Shown here piece by piece: positions 56,755 through 64,000 of a DNA stretch of 64,000 nucleotides. Below the pieces are notes generated by a model. The model did no database searches and was not told where the DNA came from. It saw nothing but the letters and a program-made list of their open reading frames with translations. The first letter of the stretch is position 1. Each line of letters begins with the position of its first letter. A program made the position numbers and the translations under genes. Source of the DNA: an uncultured Verrucomicrobiota bacterium (GTDB taxonomy: Bacteria > Verrucomicrobiota > Kiritimatiellia > CAIVKH01); assembly GCA_937996795.1 (NCBI GenBank), contig CALKUH010000029.1, positions 6,366 to 70,365 on the forward strand, given 5' to 3'.

Positions 56755-57682
56755 GCTGCTGATCGTCGGCTGCGGCAAGCACCTCCTGAACACGATGAGC
56801 CATCATCTCCTTCGCTTGAAGTCTGCGGCGTTGGTTTGTTGCGTTGACCCTATTACACATGCGCGGCACGCGGCACGCGACCTGTTACGATGCGGCTCTT
56901 CATGTGCCGCCATCGAAGAAGTAGACTTCTCCACCGTCTCGGCTGCCATCGTTGCAACCCCACCATACGCGTCGTTTGCAATCACAAATCATCTAATCGA
57001 GAGACATATTCCCGTTCTTGTTGAGAAACCTCCAGCCATGAATAGTGCCGATATCGCGACCTTGGACGAGAAGGCGCAAAGGCTTGGTGTTCGCGTTCAG
57101 GTAGGTTTTAATTTCAGGTTCGCGGCAGCCTATAGAGCACTGCGAAACGTTTGTGAGAAGCATCCGCCGGCACTCTTGTCATGCCACTTCGTTAGCCGTC
57201 ATCCCGCTTCTTCCGAGTGGGGCGTTAGCGATCCACGCGAGGCTTGGCTGCGCCACAACGGAGTTCACCTCCTCGATATGGTCCGATCCGTGAGTGGCGC
57301 ACTGGTGTTAACCAATGCTGAGCGCACCAGTAGTGGAGAAGGCAGGCACTTGGCATGCGTGGCTCTGCACTCCGCATCGACTATCATTCAGGTCATCGTC
57401 GGGAATATGACATCCGGGTTCTCACTTGGAATGACCGCAATTCTAGAAGATGGAAGGACCTTTCAAATGAGAGGTCTTGGCTCATGCGTAGAAGTTGCAT
57501 ATCCTGACGGCCCTGTTGTCTCGACACTTTATGCGACCAAGAGTATGGATGATGGATGGGATCGGTTAGGCTACGGAGCAGAACTCGATGCGTTTCTTAG
57601 CGATGACCCGAATATTGAACGGCCGAATCTTGGAGATGCGCTAAACGCGTCGCTCATGTGTGACGCGCTTTGCAGGGAGTAA
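56738..57682 (+). CDS. Gfo/Idh/MocA-family NAD(P)-dependent oxidoreductase
   Basis: It overlaps the upstream gene by 17 nt. It has the Rossmann start KLLIVGCGKH, AAIVATPPYASFAITNHLIERHIPVLVEKP (the EKP motif) and VQVGFNFRF. Confidence 0.75.
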   Translation: MSTKHKLLIVGCGKHLLNTMSHHLLRLKSAALVCCVDPITHARHAARDLLRCGSSCAAIEEVDFSTVSAAIVATPPYASFAITNHLIERHIPVLVEKPPAMNSADIATLDEKAQRLGVRVQVGFNFRFAAAYRALRNVCEKHPPALLSCHFVSRHPASSEWGVSDPREAWLRHNGVHLLDMVRSVSGALVLTNAERTSSGEGRHLACVALHSASTIIQVIVGNMTSGFSLGMTAILEDGRTFQMRGLGSCVEVAYPDGPVVSTLYATKSMDDGWDRLGYGAELDAFLSDDPNIERPNLGDALNASLMCDALCRE

Positions 57683-57686
57683 TCAC

Positions 57687-58262
57687 ATGACAAATGACAA
57701 TTGCGCGCTTCTTAAGGCAAGCGCCCTCAAACTGCTCGACGTATATGCGAAGACTTATCATAATGAGTCGGAGCAAATCGAGAGATGCCGCTTGCTGCTG
57801 CAATCACTTCCTGACCCATTCTCGGATAGGGAGGCTCGCGGGCACATTACCGCTTCGGCCGTAGTTGTCGCCGGGCCTCCATATTGCGCACTTCTCATCT
57901 TGCACGAGAAGTTGAATCGCTGGTTTCAGCCGGGTGGCCATGTTGAGACAGCGATTGACGGTTCAATCGTGGATGCCGCCCTGCGCGAGTGTTTGGAGGA
58001 GACAGGAGAGCACGCGCACACTGCTGGCACTGGTCCCATTCTTATCGACATTGATATCCACCGTATTCCTCAATCCAGCAAAATGCCATCGCATGAGCAT
58101 TATGACATGCGCATACTGTTCCGCTTGGATCCCAAGCCGCTTCGGTCCGCAGCAATGAAGTGGGTGCCGCTATCAGAACTTGCCAAAGATTCTGATATTA
58201 CGCTTTCGCGCTTTTCACAGAAGGCAATAGATCTGCTAACCAGAGGGTCCTGCTTATCGTGA
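57687..58262 (+). CDS. Nudix hydrolase with N-terminal helical extension
   Basis: It starts 4 nt after the upstream stop. GHITASAVVV...LLILHEKLNRWFQPGGHVETAIDGSIVDAALRECLEETGE is a Nudix box. DIDIHRIP...HEHYDMRILF follows. Confidence 0.8.
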   Translation: MTNDNCALLKASALKLLDVYAKTYHNESEQIERCRLLLQSLPDPFSDREARGHITASAVVVAGPPYCALLILHEKLNRWFQPGGHVETAIDGSIVDAALRECLEETGEHAHTAGTGPILIDIDIHRIPQSSKMPSHEHYDMRILFRLDPKPLRSAAMKWVPLSELAKDSDITLSRFSQKAIDLLTRGSCLS

Positions 58263-58320
58263 CCCCGAAGCGGGTTCACGAACGCATACCCTAGTCGTTA
58301 GGGGGGATTTGCCGCAGCTG

Positions 58321-58366
58321 CACGGAGCGCGCTTCCTCTCCGTGCCCTCCGTGTCTCCGTAGTGAA
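58321..58366. repeat. REP-type element (CACGGAG family), downstream flank of the low-GC cassette, inverted relative to 54687-54716
   Basis: Its reverse complement, TTCACTACGGAGACACGGAGGGCACGGAGAGGAAGCGCGCTCCGTG, shares TTCAC[C/T]ACGGAG[G/A]CACG and GAAGCGCGC with the upstream copy. Confidence 0.55.
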
Positions 58367-58381
58367 CTCTTCCCCCCTCGA

Positions 58382-58966
58382 TCAGAACTGCGTGAAGCGG
58401 AGGAAGATGGAGACGACGGGGGCGCTCAGGTCGCTGCTGGAAAGGTTGTCGTAATCGTTGTCCGACACGTCGGCGAAGCGGTAGGCGGCGGCGGCGCCGA
58501 ATTCGGTGGATTCGGTGATGTTCAGGATTACGCTGAGCTGCGGCTCCAGCGCGAAGAATTCGATGTCCTCGTCGGGGACGCCGCCCTTGCTGTTCAGCGA
58601 GATCTGGCCGCCGCCGATCAGGGCGCCGAGGGACGCGTGGACCAGCTTGTTGGCGAAGAAGCGATACTCCAGCGCCAGCCCGCCATACACGATGTCGAAA
58701 TCATCCGGGTTGTGGTAGCCGTTGGGGGCCACGTCCACTTCGCTCAGCAGCGTGTGCACGCCGAGGCCGATGGCGAGTTTGTCGTTGAGGATGCCGCCGA
58801 TGCGCAGGCCGCCGAACGCGCCGTCATCCTCGCCGACTTCGGAGTAGCTCACGTCGACCCGCGTGAACAGGTTCCAGACGTCATCTTCGCTGAATACCGT
58901 TTCATCGGCGGCGAAGGCGGGGAGGGCGAGCGAGCAACCGAGCAGGAACGCAAGTATGTGGCGCAT
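58382..58966 (-). CDS. small outer-membrane beta-barrel protein (porin/OmpA-beta-barrel-like family)
   Basis: Signal peptide MRHILAFLLGCSLALPAFA. The sequence has an alternating amphipathic beta pattern and ends with the C-terminal motif ...SIFLRFTQF. Confidence 0.6.
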   Translation of the reverse strand: MRHILAFLLGCSLALPAFAADETVFSEDDVWNLFTRVDVSYSEVGEDDGAFGGLRIGGILNDKLAIGLGVHTLLSEVDVAPNGYHNPDDFDIVYGGLALEYRFFANKLVHASLGALIGGGQISLNSKGGVPDEDIEFFALEPQLSVILNITESTEFGAAAAYRFADVSDNDYDNLSSSDLSAPVVSIFLRFTQF

Positions 58967-59035
58967 GGCGATCTCCTTGACTGGTGCAAGCATACTCCAG
59001 CGGGCGCGGTTGAAAAGGGGAAAGCGGCGCGGCGC

Positions 59036-59422
59036 TCAGGGCGCCGGCGGGATCGGCGGGGGCGTCCGCCACGCGCGCAGGCTGCGGTACCACGCGTACC
59101 AGGTGTCGTAGAGGCTGGCGACGTACACGCCGAGGAAGAACCCGCAGGCCTTGAGCATCGGGATCAGCGAGGCGCGCCATTCGTCGGGGCTGATCTCGCG
59201 GGACCACGCCTCGCGCGCGAGGCGAAACAGGTCCATGCCGTGGCGCGCGAGCATCGCGCCGAGGACGAAGGTCGCGATGAGCGCCGCGCCGCCATAGAGC
59301 ATCGCGGGGCCGAGGCGGCGCTGTTTGTACTGGCCGAGTCCGGGGAAGATGACGGCGGAGCAAATGACGGGATCGAGGCTGGGCTCGGATTCCGGACGCT
59401 TGGCTGGCGAGACGAAAAACAT
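59036..59422 (-). CDS. small membrane protein of unknown function
   Basis: Two to three hydrophobic helices are present, with a PGLGQY motif near the first helix and a Pro-rich C-terminus. Confidence 0.4.
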   Translation of the reverse strand: MFFVSPAKRPESEPSLDPVICSAVIFPGLGQYKQRRLGPAMLYGGAALIATFVLGAMLARHGMDLFRLAREAWSREISPDEWRASLIPMLKACGFFLGVYVASLYDTWYAWYRSLRAWRTPPPIPPAP

Positions 59423-59439
59423 GCGGCGTGGCCTGCGGG

Positions 59440-60810
59440 TTACACCACCATGACCGGCACTTCGCGCGTGGCCGCGCCCGCGGGCCGGCCGATCATCGAG
59501 AAGGGACCGGTCCAGTCGAGGGTCACCGCGACTTCCTGCCCGCGCAGACCCGGCGCGCCGTCGAAAAACACCAGCTTGCCGTGCGGCGTGCGGCCGCGCC
59601 AGCGGCCCTTGAAGAGATCCTCCACCAGCACCGAAACGGTTTGCCCGCGCAGGAGGCGGTTCTTCTCCTCCAGGATGCCCGCCTGCAGGTCCTCGATCAT
59701 CTGCCAGCGTTCCTGCTTCTCCTCCTCGGAAATGTCGTCCGGGAATTTGCGCTGGGCGATGGTCTTGGGCCGCTCGGAGTATTTCGAGAGATGCACCTTG
59801 TCGAACCGCAGCTCCTCGACCAGGCGGTGGGTGTCCATGAACTGCCCGCGCGTCTCGCCGGGGAAGCCGACGATGAGGTCGGTGTGGATGGCCGCGTCGG
59901 GAATGAACGCGCGGATGCGGGCGACCAGCTCCCGATAGTGCTGCACGGTGTAGCCGCGCCGCATGTTCTCCAGCACGGTGTCGTTGCCGGCTTGGATCGG
60001 CACTTCGATCTGCGGGCAGATTTTCGGCGTGGACGCGACGGTCTCGAGGATCGCGTCGGTCATGTAGTTCGGGTGGCTCGTCAGGAACCGCACGCGCGCG
60101 AGCCCGTCGATCGCGGCGACCTCGCGCAGCAGGCGGCTCAAATCCGTGCCGTCGGAAAAATCCGTGCCGTAGCGGTCCACGATCTGGCCGAGCAGCATCA
60201 CCTCGCGCACGCCCTGCGCCACGAGCGAACGCGTCTCGGTCAGGATGTCCGCCAGCGGCCGGCTGCGTTCCGCGCCGCGGCGATAGGGGATCACGCAGAA
60301 GGTGCAGGCGTGCGAGCAGCCGAGCACGACCGGCACGTTCGCGAGCACCGCGCCCTGCTGGCGCGCGGGCAGCGGCAGGTCCTCGTCCTGCACCGCGTCG
60401 CGCACCGACCGGTCGCGCGCCTCCGCGTCGCGGATTTCCTCGAACAGCCCGCGCGACTGGAGGAAATCGAGCAGCGGGGCGGTTTCCGACGGCGGCATGA
60501 AGACATCCACGTACGGGAATTTTTTGCGGAGCGCCGGCTCCTCCTTCATCCCCACCATGCAGCCCATCAGCGCGACGGTGAGGTCGGGGCGCGCCTGCTT
60601 GACGGCTTTCAGCGCGCCGAGCCGGCTGACGGCCTTGTCCTCCGCCTGCTGGCGCACGACGCAGGTGTTCAGAACGACCACGTCCGCGCCATCCGCCTGT
60701 TCCACCGGGCGGTAGCCTGCGAATTCAAGCTGCTGCGCGAGGCGGCGCGAATCCGCCTCGTTCATCTGGCAGCCGATCGTCCAAATATGATAGGTGCGCG
60801 ACGTGGTCAT
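59440..60810 (-). CDS. miaB: tRNA-2-methylthio-N6-dimethylallyladenosine synthase
   Basis: YHIWTIGCQMNEADS is the UPF0004 Cys motif. GCSHACTFCVIPYRRG is the radical-SAM CxxxCxxC motif. A C-terminal TRAM domain is present. Confidence 0.9.
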   Translation of the reverse strand: MTTSRTYHIWTIGCQMNEADSRRLAQQLEFAGYRPVEQADGADVVVLNTCVVRQQAEDKAVSRLGALKAVKQARPDLTVALMGCMVGMKEEPALRKKFPYVDVFMPPSETAPLLDFLQSRGLFEEIRDAEARDRSVRDAVQDEDLPLPARQQGAVLANVPVVLGCSHACTFCVIPYRRGAERSRPLADILTETRSLVAQGVREVMLLGQIVDRYGTDFSDGTDLSRLLREVAAIDGLARVRFLTSHPNYMTDAILETVASTPKICPQIEVPIQAGNDTVLENMRRGYTVQHYRELVARIRAFIPDAAIHTDLIVGFPGETRGQFMDTHRLVEELRFDKVHLSKYSERPKTIAQRKFPDDISEEEKQERWQMIEDLQAGILEEKNRLLRGQTVSVLVEDLFKGRWRGRTPHGKLVFFDGAPGLRGQEVAVTLDWTGPFSMIGRPAGAATREVPVMVV

Positions 60811-60840
60811 CGGGGCAGGAACGTACACGAAGGGGCGGAC

Positions 60841-60914
60841 GGTGTCAGGTGTCGGGTTTCGGGGTCGCCAAAAATCCGCCGCCCTGCGCCACCCGACACC
60901 TGACACCTTCTTCG
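60841..60914. repeat. GACACC-family inverted repeat in the miaB / gltD-like divergent intergenic region
   Basis: GGTGTCAGGTGTCGGGTTTCGGGG (60841-60864) and CACCCGACACCTGACACCTTCTTC (60890-60914). The right arm shares 22 identical nt with 14115-14137. Confidence 0.6.
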
Positions 60915-60935
60915 CCTCCGTGCTATCGTGCGCGC

Positions 60936-62756
60936 ATGAGTTTCCGATCTTCCACGTCCGACGCGTTCCGCAAGTACCAGGAAAAGAAGTCCGCGCCCAA
61001 GGCGCCGCCGCCGCGGCCGAAGCACAGCGCGTTGAGTGTGGGCGTCGGGACCGCGCGGGAGGCGAAGGATTTCCACTGGGTCGACGCGAACATCCCGTGC
61101 CAGGCGGCCTGCCCGGCGAAGACGGACATTCCGGGCTATCTCGACGCGATTTCCAGGGGCGATTTCGCCGGGGCCTATCTCATCAACCTGCGCGACAACG
61201 TGTTTCCCGCCGTGCTCGGCCGCGTCTGCACGCGTCCGTGCGAGCCGGCATGCCGGCATGGGTGGGAGGGCTTGGGCGAGCCGGTGGCGATCTGTTTTTC
61301 GAAGCGGTCGGCGTCCGATTTCCAGCAGCGCGGCGCGCCGGTTGTCCTGGAAAAATGGTTCGAGCCGTCGGGCAAGTCCGTCGCGATCGTCGGCGCGGGC
61401 GCCGCGGGCCTCGCGACCGCGCGGGAGCTTGCCCTGTGGGGCCATGCGGTGACGGTGTATGAGAAGGAGGCGCTGCCCGGCGGCATGATGGTGCAGGGGA
61501 TTCCCGAATTCCGCCTGCCGCGCGACATCGTCGCGCTGGAGATCGAGCAGATCCGCCGCCTGGGCGTGGAGATCCGCTGCGGCGTCGAGGTGGGGCGCGC
61601 GGTGGCGCTGGACGAAATCCGCGCGCAGCACGACGCGGTCGTGCTCGCCGCGGGCACCGCGTTGCCGGCGTGGCCGGACCTGCCGGGCCGCGACGCGGCG
61701 GGCGTCGAGCATGGATTCAGTTTCCTGCGCGAGGTCAACGCGGGCCGGCGCGCGGACATCGGTTCGCGCGTGGTGGTCATCGGCGGCGGCTTCACCGCGG
61801 TGGACTGCGCGCGCACGGCGCGGCGGCTGGGCGCGACGAGTGTCGGCATGTACTACCGGCGCACCGAGGCGGAAATGTACATCACGCCCGGTGAGGTGGA
61901 GGAGATGGCGCACGAAGGCATCGCCTTCCAGACGCGCGTGAATCCCGTCGCGATTCTCGCGGAGAACGGGCGCGTGACGGGCGTGCGCTTTGTGCGGACG
62001 GAGGCGGGCGCGCCGGGCCCGGACGGACGCCGCGCGTTCCGCGTGATTCCCGGCAGCGACCTCGACGTGCCGGCCGACGCGGTGCTGCTGGCGACCGGCC
62101 AGCGCGCGGACCGCGCGTGGATGCCGGAGGCGTGGGTCGCGGCCATCCACCGCTCAACGGGCGGCATGGTGCAGGTCGAGCCCGGGGTGTTCGTGGTCGG
62201 CGATTTCGCCGCGGGCGCGCGCTCGCTGATTGACGCGATCGCCGACGGGCGCAACGGGGCGCGCGCGGTGGATGCGCACCTGGTCGGGCGCAACCGCTTC
62301 GAGGACGTCGTGCGGATCGAGCCCGCGGAGGAAACCGGGCGCACGCGCGAGATGGACGCGTGGCCGCGGAACCCGATGCCGGTGCTGCCGGTTGACCGGC
62401 GCGACCGGGCGGCGGAGGTCGAAACGGGCTTCGATGCGGAGGCCGCAAAAAAAGAAGCGAAACGTTGTTATTTGTGCCACTTCAAATACGAAATCGACAA
62501 TGAGCTGTGCATCTATTGCGATCGATGCCTGAAGGTGAAGCCGGTTGAACACTGCATCGTAAAGGTCAGTTCGCTGATCTACGACGGGCAGGGCCGCATC
62601 ACCGGGTACAACCGGTCGACGGGAGCGAAGGACTACAACTTGCTCTACATCGACCAGTCACAATGCATCCGCTGCGGGGCGTGCAAGGACGTGTGCCCCG
62701 TGGAGTGCATCGATTTGCAGAAGGTGTCGCGGCAGACGTGTGCGATCCAAACCTAA
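60936..62756 (+). CDS. GltD-like NAD(P)H-dependent FAD oxidoreductase with C-terminal 4Fe-4S ferredoxin domain
   Basis: IPCQAACPAKTDIPGYL...VCTRPCEPACRHGW is the GltD N-terminal Fe-S region. VAIVGAGAAGLA and VVVIGGGFTAVDCA are the dinucleotide folds. CIYCDRC and CIRCGACKDVCP are ferredoxin motifs. Confidence 0.8.
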   Translation: MSFRSSTSDAFRKYQEKKSAPKAPPPRPKHSALSVGVGTAREAKDFHWVDANIPCQAACPAKTDIPGYLDAISRGDFAGAYLINLRDNVFPAVLGRVCTRPCEPACRHGWEGLGEPVAICFSKRSASDFQQRGAPVVLEKWFEPSGKSVAIVGAGAAGLATARELALWGHAVTVYEKEALPGGMMVQGIPEFRLPRDIVALEIEQIRRLGVEIRCGVEVGRAVALDEIRAQHDAVVLAAGTALPAWPDLPGRDAAGVEHGFSFLREVNAGRRADIGSRVVVIGGGFTAVDCARTARRLGATSVGMYYRRTEAEMYITPGEVEEMAHEGIAFQTRVNPVAILAENGRVTGVRFVRTEAGAPGPDGRRAFRVIPGSDLDVPADAVLLATGQRADRAWMPEAWVAAIHRSTGGMVQVEPGVFVVGDFAAGARSLIDAIADGRNGARAVDAHLVGRNRFEDVVRIEPAEETGRTREMDAWPRNPMPVLPVDRRDRAAEVETGFDAEAAKKEAKRCYLCHFKYEIDNELCIYCDRCLKVKPVEHCIVKVSSLIYDGQGRITGYNRSTGAKDYNLLYIDQSQCIRCGACKDVCPVECIDLQKVSRQTCAIQT

Positions 62757-62769
62757 CGGGAGCGAAAAG

Positions 62770-63300
62770 ATGAAACTGTTTGCGCTGGTGATGCTGGTGA
62801 CCGCGATGTCGATGACCCTGTCCGCCCACGCGTTGCAGGCCGGGGATGCCGCGCCGGATTTCAAGGCGATGTCCACGGCGGGCGCGGAGGTCAGCCTCGC
62901 GGACTTCAAGGGGTCGTGGCTCGTTCTCTATTTTTATCCCAAATCGTTTACGCCCGGCTGCACGGCGCAGGGATGCTCGCTGCGCGACGGGTTTACGCCG
63001 ATCAAGGAAGCCGGGGCCACGATCCTCGGGGCCAGCGTGGACAAGCTGGAGACGCAGCAGAAATTCAAAGCCGAGCACCGCCTGCCGTTCGAGTTGCTGG
63101 CGGACGCCGATGCCGTCGTGGCCAAGGCGTATGGCGTGAGCACGCTGATGGGGAAGATGGCGCGCCGCGTCACTTTCATCATCAGCCCCGAAGGCCGCAT
63201 CGCGCGGGTCATGGAAGACATCAAGACCGGTTCGCACGACCAGCAGGTGCTGTCCGCGCTCAAGGAATTGCAGGCGGCGGCCGCGCCCGCGACGCCGTGA
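62770..63300 (+). CDS. bcp: secreted peroxiredoxin (Bcp type)
   Basis: Signal peptide present. GDAAPDFKAMSTAGAEVSLADFKGSWLVLYFYPKSFTPGCTAQGC follows. Confidence 0.85.
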   Translation: MKLFALVMLVTAMSMTLSAHALQAGDAAPDFKAMSTAGAEVSLADFKGSWLVLYFYPKSFTPGCTAQGCSLRDGFTPIKEAGATILGASVDKLETQQKFKAEHRLPFELLADADAVVAKAYGVSTLMGKMARRVTFIISPEGRIARVMEDIKTGSHDQQVLSALKELQAAAAPATP

Positions 63301-63380
63301 GCAAACCCTAATCCGGCGCTCATCCGGGCTTAACATTTGCCCGGAAACATGGACACTTCGTGCATGCGCGAGGTGTGTTC

Positions 63381-64000
63381 ATGGCCGTACCGGATAAATC
63401 CAAGCGCCTGATCCAGCTGCAGTCGTTTTTCAAGAATCCGCTGCAGCGGAAGGTCTTCTCCGTCGTGGGCGGCGCCGTTGAAAAGGCGCTCGCGCTCGAC
63501 CGCATCAACCAGATTTATTACGCGGCGGCCACGAAGGAGGACGACCGCCATTTCATGGACCGCGTGCTCGAGGTGATGAACATCGAGCTGGCGGTGGCGG
63601 AGTCGGACCTGGCCCGCATCCCGCGGAACGGCCGCCTTGTGGTGGTGGCCAACCACCCGTTCGGCGGCATCGAGGGCATCATCCTCGGCGCGCTGCTGCG
63701 CGCGGCGCGGCCGGATGTGAAGCTGATGGCCAACTTCCTGCTCAAAGCCGTGCCCGACCTGCACGATGCGATGATCTTTGTGGACCCCTTCGACCGGGAC
63801 GAGTCCGCCCGGGTGAATCTGCGCCCGATGAAGGAATCGCTTCGCTGGCTGAAGCAGGAAGGCGTGCTCGGCGTGTTCCCCGCGGGCGCGGTGTCGCACA
63901 TCGACCTTCGGCGCGGCGGCATCCGCGACCCGGAGTGGAGCACGACCATCGCGCGGCTGGTCCAGATGACGGAATCGCCGGTGCTGCCGGTTTTCTTCAA
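63381..64000 (+). CDS. lysophospholipid acyltransferase (PlsC/LPLAT) family protein, 3' end lies outside the window
   Basis: It is absent from the ORF track because it has no stop in the window. My translation gives MAVPDKSKRLIQLQSFFKNP...GRLVVVANHPFGGIEGIILG...GVFPAGAVSH, which contains the H-x4-D-like NHPFGG and FPAG blocks. Confidence 0.65.
   Translation, partial: MAVPDKSKRLIQLQSFFKNPLQRKVFSVVGGAVEKALALDRINQIYYAAATKEDDRHFMDRVLEVMNIELAVAESDLARIPRNGRLVVVANHPFGGIEGIILGALLRAARPDVKLMANFLLKAVPDLHDAMIFVDPFDRDESARVNLRPMKESLRWLKQEGVLGVFPAGAVSHIDLRRGGIRDPEWSTTIARLVQMTESPVLPVFF

Noticed and set aside
54679-58381. Calling the low-GC cassette a mobile element
   Set aside because: No integrase, transposase, recombinase, tRNA attachment site or direct target duplication is visible. 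Only inverted REP-type repeats flank it, so it is reported as a finding and not annotated as a mobile_element.

Overview
High-GC bacterial chromosomal segment. Hand counts of single 60-nt lines give about 75% G+C in housekeeping genes. The gene families present (TIGR03790-like, YdjY-like, DUF2934, DUF2752) and the many short REP-like palindromic repeats suggest a Verrucomicrobiota/Opitutae-like organism; this is inference only. I support about 58 protein-coding genes. I found no rRNA, tRNA, CRISPR array, transposase or integrase. Many long ORFs in the six-frame track are antisense shadow ORFs typical of high-GC DNA and are rejected.

Gene content in order: folP (3' end)-cdaA-cdaR (c-di-AMP module); TPR, YdjY-like and TIGR03790-like secreted proteins; tatD; ROK glucokinase; DUF167; M50 protease; GDP-D-rhamnose genes gmd/rmd plus a sugar-phosphate isomerase; rpsU (missed by the ORF track); ugd; an amino-acid ABC transporter whose intra-operon spacers are filled with REP hairpins; an AbiE-like wHTH/nucleotidyltransferase pair; an FkbM methyltransferase; a secreted EEP nuclease/phosphatase; an RmlD-like reductase; a CBM20-esterase; an SLT transglycosylase; argS; redoxin/DsbD; an acyl-CoA synthetase; a four-gene two-component cluster; an ATP-cone/kinase fusion; pyk; an M29 aminopeptidase; a GYF/LysM pair; an amidohydrolase; TRAP transporter dctQM and dctP, separated by SGNH and GH53-like hydrolases; tamAB; a low-GC four-gene cassette; an OMP; miaB; a GltD-like oxidoreductase; bcp; and a partial acyltransferase.

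The best candidate for an undescribed system is the compositionally foreign cassette at about 54.95-58.3 kb. It encodes an orphan helical protein, a membrane-anchored Nudix, a Gfo/Idh/MocA oxidoreductase and a second Nudix, and it is bracketed by inverted REP-type repeats. A second, smaller island (about 14.9-16.4 kb) carries the AbiE-like pair with a palindromic operator.

All family calls rest on motifs I recognise by eye. No database search was possible.
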